64,000 nucleotides of DNA from Chara braunii (taxonomy: Eukaryota; Plantae; Charophyceae). Both the position numbers and the translations under genes were made by a program. Under the pieces are notes generated by a model that saw only the letters and a program-made list of their open reading frames with translations, did no database searches and was not told the DNA's origin. Shown one piece after another: positions 10,698 through 23,474 of this stretch (position 1 is the first letter of the stretch; each line of letters opens with the position of its first letter). Where the stretch lies: positions 2,244,897-2,308,896 of the forward strand of contig BFEA01000021.1 in the NCBI GenBank assembly GCA_003427395.1, written 5' to 3'.

Positions 10698-12730
10698 CAG
10701 AGTCCCTTGACCGATGATACTGAACAAATTATCCACCTTAACCCGGGCTGCGCAGCCCAGGTTAGAGTGTGTTAAGTGGGATTAAACCGTTGAGTATCGC
10801 AGCCCGGGTTAAGGTGGATTATAACGTTCAGTATCATTGGTTAGGGGACTCTGCAGACTGTAGAGGAGGGTACAGCCTCTGCTGATTGATGAGTCGGTGA
10901 AACTCATCAGAGCCCCTCGCTTGTTGTTCTCTTCTCCCTTTCTGTCTACACTACACCAGGCAGTNNNNNNNNNNNNNNNNNNNNNNNNNNNNNNNNNNNN
11001 NNNNNNNNNNNNNNNNNNNNNNNNNNNNNNNNNNNNNNNNNNNNNNNNNNNNNNNNNNNNNNNNNNNNNNNNNNNNNNNNNNNNNNNNNNNNNNNNNNNN
11101 NNNNNNNNNNNNNNNNNNNNNNNNNNNNNNNNNNNNNNNNNNNNNNNNNNNNNNNNNNNNNNNNNNNNNNNNNNNNNNNNNNNNNNNNNNNNNNNNNNNN
11201 NNNNNNNNNNNNNNNNNNNNNNNNNNNNNNNNNNNNNNNNNNNNNNNNNNNNNNNNNNNNNNNNNNNNNNNNNNNNNNNNNNNNNNNNNNNNNNNNNNNN
11301 NNNNNNNNNNNNNNNNNNNNNNNNNNNNNNNNNNNNNNNNNNNNNNNNNNNNNNNNNNNNNNNNNNNNNNNNNNNNNNNNNNNNNNNNNNNNNNNNNNNN
11401 NNNNNNNNNNNNNNNNNNNNNNNNNNNNNNNNNNNNNNNNNNNNNNNNNNNNNNNNNNNNNNNNNNNNNNNNNNNNNNNNNNNNNNNNNNNNNNNNNNNN
11501 NNNNNNNNNNNNNNNNNNNNNNNNNNNNNNNNNNNNNNNNNNNNNNNNNNNNNNNNNNNNNNNNNNNNNNNNNNNNNNNNNNNNNNNNNNNNNNNNNNNN
11601 NNNNNNNNNNNNNNNNNNNNNNNNNNNNNNNNNNNNNNNNNNNNNNNNNNNNNNNNNNNGCAAAATCCCCTCACTGATTACACTGTAAATGATAATCTAC
11701 CTTAACCACAATCAAAGTAGACTATCACTCACCCACACCAGATGGAAAACTCTATATATATCATCGCATTAATATATATGTACTTTGCAATATATATACA
11801 TATATATATCTTCACAGAGAACTATGTATATTACACTGGCAGCAAAGATTGGCCAACGACTACCGACTTCCTCGGTCTACACATTATTTCCTGAATAGTT
11901 CGCGGGAAGCAGGGGGAAGAGAGCGTGGGGGGAGGGGGGAGAAGAGGAAGAAATGAGGAGCGTGGGGAGAGGGGGGAGAAGAGGAAGGGGGGGGGGGGCT
12001 GCTACCTTCCTTATATTCAGAACTATTACCTTTTTCGGTTTCCAGAACCAAAAGGTTCTGTTTTCTTAAATTTAAAAAAAAAAAAAAAAAAGAGCACTTC
12101 CCGTTAATTGGAACTCTACACGAAGACATCTACAAGCACATACCTTACTTCCTGCATACATAGTCAGATTCTTGTCAGATACATACGTGTCCGCGTACAG
12201 AAAATGCAATATATATCGTCACACCGTGTATCGGAGCGCACAGGCGAAAAAAGACAAACACAAAAAGGGAAGTGGGAGAAAGGAAAGCTCCGCCTATTCA
12301 TCACCTCTTATATGCCACACGATATTTAACTAACCGGCGCATTGGATGCATCTGGACAAACATACGTGCGTGCGTACATTAACATATCCAGTTGTTTATA
12401 CATGTACATATGTACGTGTATAAATGTACATGTATGTACATATACACGTATAAATGCATGCATCGTGGATGCATCTGGACAAACATACGTGCATGCATAC
12501 ATTACCATACCCATGTATTTACACGTATAAATGCATATACCGTCACATAGCTAACAGACTACCGGTAGGACCGCGTGTACGAGAGACACGGAGAGAAGGG
12601 ACAGGAGAGAGAGCGGGGAGAGAAGCAAGAGGACCAGTTTTCGTTTATTGTTTTTGGCGGGGGGGGAGGAAAGGGGGGGGGGGGGGGGGGGGGGGGGAGG
12701 AAGGAGTTGAATATACATGTCTGAGTGTAT

Positions 12731-12852
12731 GGGCCTCGCTGCACTACTCTCGAAATGCGCAAAACGAGAGTGAATCTTCCGCTGGAATATGGAAAGATAC
12801 ACCGCCATGATTTTTGTCCGTTGTGCATGTCGAGAGTAGTGAGGCGAGGCCC
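12731..12852. mobile_element. PIF/Harbinger (Tourist-like) MITE
   Basis: TIR GGGCCTCGCT.CACTACTCTCG and a 3-bp TSD TAT/TAT. A second full copy at 27101-27224 also has a TAT TSD. Fragments at ~4090, 15330-15490, 16100-16450, 17020-17250, 17590-17652, 21100-21590, 44305-44490, 59030-59140 and 62745-62820. Confidence 0.8.
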
Positions 12853-13025
12853 TATGTTTCAACAAATTGGTATATCTTATAAACATGAACAATAACAAAA
12901 TGGATAAAGGGAAATACAGCAGAGAAAAAAAAAGGGAAATATGGCATATCGACCAAATTACGGTATTGAAAACCAAAAAAAAAATTGAAAAAAAAAAAAA
13001 AAAAAAAAAAAAAAACGACACGGAC

Positions 13026-13487
13026 CTCCGGCTTAAGAAGATATGGTTCAAAGTATCTCCCCAAGTCTTCGTAATTGAGGAGGGAAAAGTTCTCTGGCCA
13101 TTCTCCAGAGGGCAAGATAGAGGAGGCAGTGGTCTCTGCCTCTACCACTTTCTCCGTCTGCACAGTCTGTGCTTCGTCATCTTGCGCAGCTGCAGGTCGA
13201 AGCTTTCGGCTATGGCGGCGGGAGGAAGATCCAGCAGACAAGACGACACTGACGGACCCACCGCGGAGCGCAGAGGGGGAAGACGAAGACGACCCTCCCC
13301 TCCCGTGCCTCCTCTCGCTCCTGCAGCCAGCGCCAGCTCCGGCGAGATGACCACCGCCGATTCCAGATCCCGACGCCTGGCTATGGCCGACGCCGCCAAC
13401 CAGTTGCCCAGACGGAAGCTCCCTCGACGACGACGACGCGAAAGTGCTCGACGCGAACAGGCAGGAATTTCCACAAGCTGCCGCCAT
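13026..13487 (-). CDS. CBS-domain protein (CBSX-like, probable plastid transit peptide), exon 1
   Basis: ATG GCG start and a Ser/Ala/Arg/Gly-rich N-terminus, then GEWPENFSLLNYEDLGRYFEPYLLKPE, a block I recall preceding CBS pairs in algal/bryophyte proteins. GAG|gtccg donor, 462 nt, phase 0, joins exon 2 in frame across an ~11 kb intron. Confidence 0.8.
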
Positions 13488-16461
13488 CTCTTCGCGCAGC
13501 GCAGCGCAGCGTCGTCAGGATTCGGGGTCGGATCTCGTGACCAGCGAGCGACACCACCTGTCGCGATCGCGTGCGCCGCCGCCGCCGCCGCCTTGATATC
13601 AAATCGCCCCACCCCGCCGAGCAGACCCCAAGAAGCTGTGACCACGAACGACGGCGATGGAGATTTTGAAGGCGACAACGCGATGCCAGTTACGTTACGG
13701 AGGAGGGCGATTACTATACTACGACGATGACAAAAGCCGACGAGAAAACGACAACGATAGGAAAGAGGCGGCGAGAGATGATGCGCGTAGAGCGGGGGAG
13801 AAGGAGGAGCGGGCAGGCTGCGCAAGCAAGGCGGGGTGCGAAGCAAACGCAAGCCACAAGGCTGCACACGCAAGCGCAAGACGGGGTGCCAAAAAAAAAG
13901 CACCAAAAGTGCGCGCGCGACCTCGCTTCGACAACAACGAATTCCACACACGTTTTCCAATTTCCAATTTCCAATCACGCCCCGCCAACAGATTCTGAGA
14001 AATTCATAGACTGAGGCTGATTTGCAGTTCCGGCAGTCCCGATCGACGAATATGGCGCCTTCGCTCGCGTGCGTTGGCGGATGTCAGGATCACTCCGAAT
14101 TTCGACGAGATATCGAGAGTGGGAGGGAGGGAGGGAGGGAGAAGAAATACTAGCAACAATTAGCACGCACCTACATAAATATACACATACATACCCCTTG
14201 TTGAGGAGCATATTTTTTAATTTTATTTTTTTGCTATTGTTGAGGAGCATTTTCATATCATACAGAAGAAAAAATTGAGAGACGAACATTATATATCATA
14301 CATAAGGGCATGGCCACACCACTCTCGAAAGAACTTCCCGCGAGAACATGGCCAGATGCGCCAGCCAAAATTTTGTTTTGTCTTTTTCCTAAAGCGGGAA
14401 ACGTGGAACGAATTTGGCTGTCGTCGTCGGATAATACTGTACTGGATGTTGTTGTTGGCCTTCGTTCCTTCAACTTCAACAGCTTTGTCGAAGTCTATCT
14501 ACGGCCAAGATCTTCTCCGAGCGTGTGCGATTGCCGGCGCGGTTCTGAATAACGGAACCGCTTTCCGCAGTTGCCGTCTCAGGGCATACTCACGCCAAGA
14601 TTTGGGTACTTATTCAGAACGTTATTGCTTCCAGATGCATCCAAGTCGGACGGCAAACGCGGTCAATGAATTTGAGGTTGTGCTAGTGTGAGTGGCCCCC
14701 TCAGGTGGTTGGAGTTCCGGTTAGGGGGAACTACATCTCAACAGTAGAGCTGGGTCCGTTGGCTCGGAGCACTTCCCCAGAAGACATTTACACGACTTAT
14801 CAGTCAGGATTTATGACCTGGCGGTAAGAGAGGCCCCTCAGTTGAAACAACCACCCACAAATAGCTACCCACAACGCAGAAGACCCAGCCTCAGGGGGTA
14901 CTCACACTGGGACTTGCATGTTCGCAGCCGGGATGGCTGCGTATAGATGGATGTCTTTTGTCGTTTAGCGACCGGTTTCCATATGGGGAATGTTGTCGAC
15001 CGTGTAAGTGGGTGTAGAGGGCGTTAAGGTTGCGGTCCCCAACCGGGCACCGACCGGTCATTTCGTGAGGGAACGCAGTGGCGGTCAGGGGAGATGGCGG
15101 TGCGGTCTTCCGGTGGAGTGCGGGCAGCTGGAGGTCGTAGCTGGCTCTCCAGTATAGGAAAGTTTTTCATTACCTAACGGTTCATTCTCCACCGAGATCG
15201 ACGGTACGTATGGTTTGTTTCTTATGGCTTGTTTCTTTTTGGGCCGGTCAACACAGTTGCTGTTGGTGCAGTTTTATGGACGGTCTTTTTCGGCTGGGGG
15301 GTTGTGGACTGAATCTACAAGTGCCGCAGTGTATATTTTCATGTTCTAGCGGAAGATTCATTCGATTTTGCTTATCCTATCGATGGAGGTAACGTGTGAG
15401 GCCAGACGCAAGGTTGCAGTGTATGTTTCCATGTTCTAACAGAAAATCCACCATCGTTTTGCACATCGAGAATAGTGGAGCGAGGCCCGTTTGTCTCGCT
15501 TGCAAGCAGCGCCGCATAGCACACCTTGTGTTCGGCCACTCAGAGTTGTACTTCGCAGGACGAATCTGGCCTTAATCACGCCAGAGGTCGAGAAAGTGCT
15601 GGTGTAAGAACGCCCAGGGAGGCCTTGGTGCACTGATGGCCGCCCTTGGACGCCCACTTCGTTGGTGTTGTCGCACACTGGTTGTCGCGCATGGCCATAG
15701 AGACTGTCGCTGCTGTCAGCTTGATTGTTCTCGGCAACCTCAGAACACATGGCAAAAAAGGAGCAAGAGAACGGAGCTCGTGAGCATTTTTTCGACTGAT
15801 TGTGGGCGTAATTGCTGTCATATGCATTATGGAAAGTGACGGGCCGAGCACGGAGAGAGAAAAGAGAAGAGTGAGAGAACGTCTTCGACTAGGGCGGCCC
15901 TGGAACATGCGAGGGTTAGAGCGAGGGGGTCAAAAAGAGAGGGTGGTGGTCGGGGAATGACACCTAAGCGGGCGGGTGGGGGAAAGAGGTTGGCGAGAAA
16001 ACGGGGAGAGAGAAAGCCCTGGAAGCCGTTGAATGACGCATGTCATCACACGACAGATGTCAGTTCTTTTTTTTTATGTCAGTTGTATTTATCCACAAAC
16101 ATGGAAATATACACTGCCACATTTTCGGTCTTTGGCAGTATATATTTCCATGTTGTGGAAGTTGATGTTTCCATGTCATAGGAGAAGATTTAATCTCATT
16201 TTGCTCATTTGGTGAAGCGTGGCAATGTCGGGCTCTGTATGTTTGTGTGTAGGATGAGCAAAACCGGAATGAATCTTTAACCAGAACATGGACATATATA
16301 CTGCCACCTCTTTTTCTTTTTCTTTTGGTGAGAGAGAGAGAAAAAACAGGTAAGTCTCCAATCTTGCAGCTTGCCTCATGCTACTTTCATCGATATAATG
16401 CGCAAAATCGAATGAATCTACCGCTAGAACATGGAAATATACACTGCCCACACTTGTTTAT

Positions 16462-16516
<55 letters not shown>

Positions 16517-17860
16517 GNNNNNNNNNNNNNNNNNNNNNNNNNNNNNNNNNNNNNNNNNNNNNNNNNNNNNNNNNNNNNNNNNNNNNNNNNNNNNNNNNNN
16601 NNNNNNNNNNNNNNNNNNNNNNNNNNNNNNNNNNNNNNNNNNNNNNNNNNNNNNNNNNNNNNNNNNNNNNNNNNNNNNNNNNNNNNNNNNNNNNNNNNNN
16701 NNNNNNNNNNNNNNNNNNNNNNNNNNNNNNNNNNNNNNNNNNNNNNNNNNNNNNNNNNNNNNNNNNNNNNNNNNNNNNNNNNNNNNNNNNNNNNNNNNNN
16801 NNNNNNNNNNNNNNNNNNNNNNNNNNNNNNNNNNNNNNNNNNNNNNNNNNNNNNNNNNNNNNNNNNNNNNNNNNNNNNNNNNNNNNNNNNNNNNNNNNNN
16901 NNNNNNNNNNNNNNNNNNTGTGTGTGTGTGTGTGTGAGAAAGACTCGGAGAGAAAGAAAGAAAAATTTCCAACCATGCACGCAGAGAGATAGAGAGAGCC
17001 TACTTTCATCGATAGGGTGAGCAAAATCGGAATGAATCTTCCACTAGAATATGAAAATATACACTGCTTTCCAACCATACACGCAGAGAGATAAAAAGAG
17101 GCTACTTTCGTTGATAAGATGAGCAAAATCGGAATCTTCCACTATAATATGGAAATATACACTGCTTTCCAGCCATGTGCGCAGAGAGCTAGAGACAGGC
17201 TACTTCCATCGATAGGATTTTCATGTTCTAGCGGAAGATTCATTCGATTTTTCTCATTTTTCATAGTTGTACCGGTTAGCAAGACATGATTTATTTTAGG
17301 AAATGTACAATTTACGGACTACTACAGGAGCACCCAAATTCATCCCACTAGAAACATTTCTACTCTATTTTTTTTTTCACGGCCTATAGTTGGGCAAGTA
17401 CTGATGGTTTAACGAACCGGCCCGTAGTCGTCTCCATCTGAATGGTGGGACTGGTATATGTGTCAAGTGTGCGCTCGACGGTACCCCCGCCGTCCTGGCT
17501 GTACCCCCATGCCCTGTGTGGCATTAGTAATTTCGGTCTGGCCGTAAAAGAGGTCAGATACGTCCAGGAAAGTCGTCATGTGAGTCGTCCCCATGTTCCT
17601 AACGGAAGATCTATCCTCATTTTGCACATTTGGTGAGTAGTGGAACGAGGCCCTAAATGAAGGGGGATGAGAATTCCAAATTGTTAAAATTTCCCTGCCA
17701 TCGCAGTCTGGTGAACAGAGGGGCGGCGACCGGGTGGGCTAGCGCCGACGTGGGAGGCTGACGCGCAGGCTAGGGCGTTTGCCTGCTATACCCATCCGAC
17801 TTCTGAAGGCTCACGGTGACCACTTTCTTTCGTCTACGAGAGCGAGGCTTAGGACAACAT

Positions 17861-18382
17861 CAACATAAAATTTTTCCAGAATTAAATATTCATTCTATAG
17901 TAAAATTACATTCTAAATCTCAAATTTTTATTCCATCTTAAAAAATGTCATTCCACTTTTTAAAATTTTCGTCTTACTTGAGAACTTTCCTTCCAAGAAT
18001 GGGGTGTCCCTTCTTATTTGAATAGCATGCTAAAGATGGAATGAAAGTCTGGATGAGTTCATGAAATATTTTAATTGGACTGTCATTCTAAGTAAGGGTT
18101 TTCAGTCATAAATAGGTTAATCCAATTTATATTAGAAAATATTTGTTGTAGTAAAATGAAAGTTTAATTAAAACATTTCATAAAGTCGTTCAGACTTTCA
18201 TTCCATATTGAACAAATAGATATAGTTGGAATGAAAAACTCATATTTAGACGGGAACTTGTCAAATAAAACTGGAAATTTTAGAATTGGACAAACATTGG
18301 AATGATAATTTATAAATATGAAGGATTTTTTTTTTATTGAATGTTTTTTCAACTTTCATTTCTCGTGGGAATTTTTCTATTG
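17861..18382. mobile_element. ~520-bp non-autonomous DNA transposon (CAAC...TTG ends, 2-bp TSD)
   Basis: Imperfect TIR CAACATAAAATTTT(T)CC / GGAATTTTTCT(A/G)TTG with TSD AT/AT. Closely similar copy at 60073-60593 with TSD TA/TA. Confidence 0.8.
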
Positions 18383-20380
18383 ATGGAGTTTCACAGAGTC
18401 TGCTTATATGCATTGTTAGTGGGTGTTGGGTGTTGCGGAGCTGCAAGTTTTTTTTTTCTTCTCCGCCTCATAGACGCTATATAGAGCTATGACCAGGGCA
18501 TTTTGAGGAGTGTTTTATAATTGTTTCGCTCACAATTTTAAATAAGCATGAGAGATCACCTGGGTCTTTCGAAGCACTGTATTTTTTTGGCCTAGCGTGA
18601 TTGTTTTGGAACGTTTGTGGTCTTCTCATTTATCTCCCTAGGCGTTTTTTTATGCCTTTATGCCTACTAGAGTTTCGTCGTCTGGTTCTTTTGTGTATTT
18701 ATTCGTGAATTATCTAGTTGTCGGCTGCTTCGTTTGGGGTTTCCCGTTTAGGGTCCGTTTATGCTCATTTTTCTATCTCGTGACTGGTTAGCTTCTTTGA
18801 CTGGGCTCGTTTTTTATTCTGCTTTCGTTTCATCGTTGTTGATTTCTTGACTTTCATTAGTTTTCTCTCTACGTGGAAAGAGAGTGGATAGTTGTGAAAT
18901 TGTTTGATAATGGAAGGTGCATGTTGTTTTGGCAAGGCTAGTTGCACTAAGATGTTCCCTGTTCGGAAGGAGAGTATACCTCAACTATTGATTTTTTTTT
19001 CCATGTTGGTCGTTGAGACAAATTTCCCTGTTTTGATTGTTCGACATAGTGGTAATAGACGTTTAGTAGGGTGTTGATAAAGTTGTAGATCCTTGTGCGT
19101 TTCTCATTTATTGACAGTTTGGTGGAATTGTGATGGTCGTGGTGACGTATGTTTTCGTTAGGTTAATTTTTGAACGCTCTTTTCCATAAACTAAATTCGC
19201 TTTGTTCATATTTTATTATCATTTAGGTATGATAGTTGAGAATTTTTGTGTTCTTATCTTTGTGTGTTTCTGATTCATTAACGGTATGGTGAAATTGTGA
19301 TGGTCGTGGTGGTGTAGGTTCTCATTTGGTTAATTTTGGAATTTCATTTTCGTAAATTGAACTCACCCTGTTTGGGGCTTAAGGTCTGGTAATTAGGAAT
19401 TTCTACATTCTCATAGTGGAATTTGGTTATAGGTAGGGTAGTGTAGGGCTTTGCATGTGGGCAATCTTGTAGATTTGTTTTTTGTGAATTGACTTGGTGT
19501 GTTGAAAACTGAGGTATGTTAATTAAGAGTCTCAAAAAACTTGTTTTTGACACTAGAATTCGGGAGGTTATGCTTTGTCGGTGTGAATACCCTTACAAGG
19601 GTATTCGCCCATATTTTTGCAACTTGCACAAGTTGAACCTGAGATGGTATATAAGGTAGGTATTTACGTAAGTATTGCGCAGACCGTGACCGAATCCCTG
19701 TAGCTAGAATAACGGGCGCATGCGAGATAAGGTTAGAAGGTTTGTGAACGTGCGAGTTTAAGGCGCGAGTGATTTTTATCGTGTACCGACAGTCAGTATC
19801 CATGATTTTTTTTTATTATTTAAAATTATGATTAAAGCTTAGTTTTAGTTTGGTTATATGTAGGAACGGGCCGTAGGTAGAAGCTGACGCCAGCACAGCA
19901 AAGGTGCCGACTTTGGCGATTGGAAGCCGACCGGTAAGCCAAAATGTAGTTAAGGGGCACCTTGGTAGAACCACGTGGTGGGTACAACCTGCTTATATGA
20001 AATTTCGCTAGTACTAATACCAGTCGTGGGCCTAACACTATCAGTTACAGTGTTGGACTTATATACAATATATTTGGGGATCGAGGCCAGCGACCGACGA
20101 CGATGGAGCGTTAGAGTGAATGAAAAGATTGAGGGATTGATGGTCCACGGGGCTATCTCCCTTGGTTTTGTTGCCGAACTACCCGTGGGTCCGGTCGGTA
20201 GGACCAAGAGGGGCACCGATGGTATTTTCTCCTCAAAAACATTGTTTTCCTATGTTCGTATTTTTTATATTTTTACTTTTATTTTATTCCTTAGTTATTT
20301 TAGTTGTCGGTCTCGTTTCTGGGGCACAACACGAATATTGGTACTAGGACTATTTGCGGGTTCCAGCGAGTCTAACTCAG

Positions 20381-20647
20381 TTGAAACGCGGGCTGAGGAG
20401 TTCAATGTGCATGTTAGTTGGTGGGTGTTTAGCCTATATTGTGAGAGGGTTGAGTGTGATCATGCCTGTTGGGGCCCGAAAGCTGGTGAACAATTCTTGG
20501 GCAACGCGGGCCAAATGAAACTCTGGAGGATTCTTGCGACGATACTGATGTGCAAATCGTTCGTCGAACTTAAGTATAGGGATGAAAGATTAATCAACCG
20601 TCCAGTAGTTAGGTTCTCTCCAAAGCTACTCAGGATCATTGGAGTTG
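20381..20647 (+). pseudogene. Degenerate nuclear LSU (25S/28S) rRNA-derived segment
   Basis: TTGAAAC..GAGGAG, GAGTGTGATCATGCCTGTTGGGGCCCGAAAGCTGGTGAAC, GAAACTCTGG, GATACTGATGTGCAAATCGTTCGTC, GTATAGGGATGAAAGATTAATC and CTCAGGAT are collinear with the conserved LSU domain II. Confidence 0.85.
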
Positions 20648-21832
20648 TCGAAGCTACAAATGTTAATCTGCGTTAAGTACTAGGAACATATGCGTTGGGT
20701 GGAGGTCGATTGATCGATCGAAAGAGAAGGAGTGAACCTAAACGTGGATCCGAGCCAAGTACATTCGAAGACGATGATGACGTAAGGAAGGAGGAAAGAT
20801 AAGGATGGCGAAGTAGAGATGGCATAACTAACCCGATCCTTAACAAAACCAGTCAAACTTAAGCCTTAGGGCGGAATGAGGGTTTTGACGATGGGCGAGT
20901 AGAATGGCAAGGGTAGATTTGGTGTTAGAGTGATGACTAGGAGAATATGGTATTTAGGGGTTGTGTGGGTGTTACGAAGGATATCGGGAAGGTGACGGGA
21001 AGGACGGCACCAGCAGGAGGAAGAAGAGCAACAACTGAGAAGAGGTACGCACTTGGTAGTTGTGTGAGGGACAAGTATTGAGAGGGGAGTGTGTCTCCCC
21101 ATGTTCTAGCAGAAGACTCACTCTCACTATGCACATAAAAAGAACGGCGGAGTAAGGCCACGAACGATTGTTGGAGACCGATCATCTTACAAGCATCTCC
21201 CGTTGCTAGTGGAAGATCCCTTCCCACGCTGCGGTTGAACAACGGGCACGATAGCAAAATAGGTGCATGCGCGTGCGAAGAGGGAGCTGAGCATGACTCA
21301 CTTGGTTACGCCACTGAAATCGCATGGGCTTTTGCACCGTGCAGAGGTGTATCTTTCCAATTTTTAGTGGAAGATTCATCCTCATTTGCGCATTTGATGG
21401 GCGGTGGAGAGAGGTTGTTGTAGCACACCTTTCCTCGTCATCGTGACAAACGCCTTGATCCTAGTGTTCATCGCCGTGGCGCTGTTGCTCCGGTGATCGG
21501 GCTGTTATGGGCGGTCGTATTCATTTGGTGGTGTATCTTTCCATGTTCTAACGGAAGATCCATTCCCATTTTGTACATTTGGTCAATGGTAGAGCGCGCC
21601 AGTGTTGAGGTGCTGATTGCCTGAGGACCGGCTTCACCAGCGTGATCGTAGTGGGGCTCCTCACTCAGACGTCGCTCTATGTTACATTTGTCATCCTGGT
21701 GGCTATTGGGATCTTGCCATTTGTAATAGTGCTCATTTCCAACGAGCAAGGGTGCTATGCTACGCTACGGGAGGAAGAACCATGATAGTAGAACGGGGGA
21801 GAAAATAGAGGGTGAGCAGAGGCAAGAATCAC

Positions 21833-21902
<70 letters not shown>

Positions 21903-23474
21903 ACGGGATACTTACCAGGTGCCTAGTCTTTGTAAACGTGGAAGTAAGTATGCCATCGTGTTGTACTGGCAGGCGAGCACCTGACCCGGTTATCAGTCAG
22001 GTGCATTGGAGAAGGGTGAGGCTTACGTGGGAGAAGATAAGGGTGAGGGGAATCGAAGAGAGGAGGTACTACCGAGGAGGCTACCGCTGATCACAGTGAC
22101 GGTCATAATTATTATTCCAATTTCAACATTGTTCACGATCATTATCGTGGTTTTGACCTCGTTCTGCGAAGTGCTCGTTAAGACAAGATAAAGATTGTGG
22201 GGTTTGTCCTCCTCGGTATCTAAATCAGTCTTTTTGTTATCATGTGTGTCACTTGGATACTGTTGCTTGATGTGCTGATGTTTCGGGTCGAGCTAGACTT
22301 TGCCATAAAATCGAGGTGAAGTCAAGTATAGATGGCGGGCAGGAAAGGTTGCTGCTAAAAGGGTGCTACCCGCAAGATTGAGGTTGTTCCCGTTCCTTCA
22401 TGAGTTACTGTAGGTTCCCAGGCCATTGCCATTATGTCCTTTTACTACTGCTACTGTCGGTGTTAGTAATTGATGTTGTTTACCAATTACGACCAGCAAC
22501 TACGGACTGATTGGTCATTTCCTTGGTGCTGTCATGGATGAGAGATCAATGTTTGTTGCTCCCTCACACCAGGGTTTGTTGAGTTTTGCTGCGTCGTTAT
22601 ATTGCGTTTGTTGTTGTGCATTATGTTGTGATTCCCTACAACTGATTTGCATGACTGACCTTGCTGTGCATTTGTTGTGCCTTTTGCCTCGTCAATGCTT
22701 GCAAATTATTGAACACACCGTCTCGACTGAGTTTTACAACTTTTTATTAGCATTTTTCAAATAAAGACGGGTGTAATCCTCTATTTGAACACAATCCTTC
22801 TATGTTGCGTAACGACGCCTTCGTCTGAAGTTGGAGTACAACGGCTTGAAGGTGTGATCAAGTTTCTGCAGGAGGGTCATTGTTGCCAAAGTGGAGAGTT
22901 GTGCATGTTGCTACACGATTTACGACATCGACTTGACCTAGACTAGCTGGCTTCTTACATGTTTTGGTCACCTTTGGGGGGCCCTCAAACGCGTCAAGAT
23001 ACCAAGGCCCTCTCGAACGAGTTGAGTTGTCCCCCTCTTCTCTCGAGAGTCAGACCTTTTTCTTTCTCCTCTTCTTAGTCCAAAGTCTAGTCTGAGTTCG
23101 GAGAGGAAGACCGCAACCCACAAGACCGCAGTAAGACCTTGTGGGAGATCCACCAGCCGATTGCAGAAGCTCCGTCGAAACTCAGGAGGAGTTATGGGGG
23201 TGAGGAACAATCTGGTATAACTTGTTATGTCTTGTGTGAACCCAATAATCTCTTAATCATTACACCTATTTACGCTGATTGCTCTGTATATGTGCATCCC
23301 TATGGATTTTGCTTTATTAAAAAAATAATTCAGAGTAAGTAAAGAGAATGCATTTCTAAAAAAATCATCTACTTTAGTATTTGAAATTCAGAATGAAAAA
23401 GATAAATTGGGGAAAGGTGGAAAAAATGTAGTTTTGCATGCGTTCATGGGGTTCCCTAAGGGTTAAACAACTTG

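Larger units (their letters stand above)
9720..10964. mobile_element. Cluster of hammerhead-bearing repeat modules (Penelope pLTR- or retrozyme-like) in tandem and inverted orientation
   Basis: The module HHR...ACAGCCCCTCGTTTG...GGGCAGCTCTGTTTGAC repeats 4 times, plus a second module (TGTCACACTGT...GGTAAAGAAA) also seen at 6232-6475 and 12219-12320. Confidence 0.75.

Noticed and set aside
10809-11688. Long ORFs across N-gaps (also 16.3-17.1, 43.1-43.7 and 52.8-53.3 kb)
   Set aside because: They are open only because N codons contain no stops.
12867-13978. 287-aa and 278-aa ORFs overlapping CBS exon 1
   Set aside because: Shadow frames of a GC-rich exon and 5' region, with no recognisable domains.
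17785-17820. 5S rRNA-like or HDV-ribozyme-like 5' end of the 9.2-kb element
   Set aside because: Only a short CCCATC.GA...GAAG resemblance, and I could not build the HDV nested pseudoknot.
19975-20676. 233-aa ORF
   Set aside because: Overlaps the rRNA-derived segment, has a GTG start and no protein motifs.
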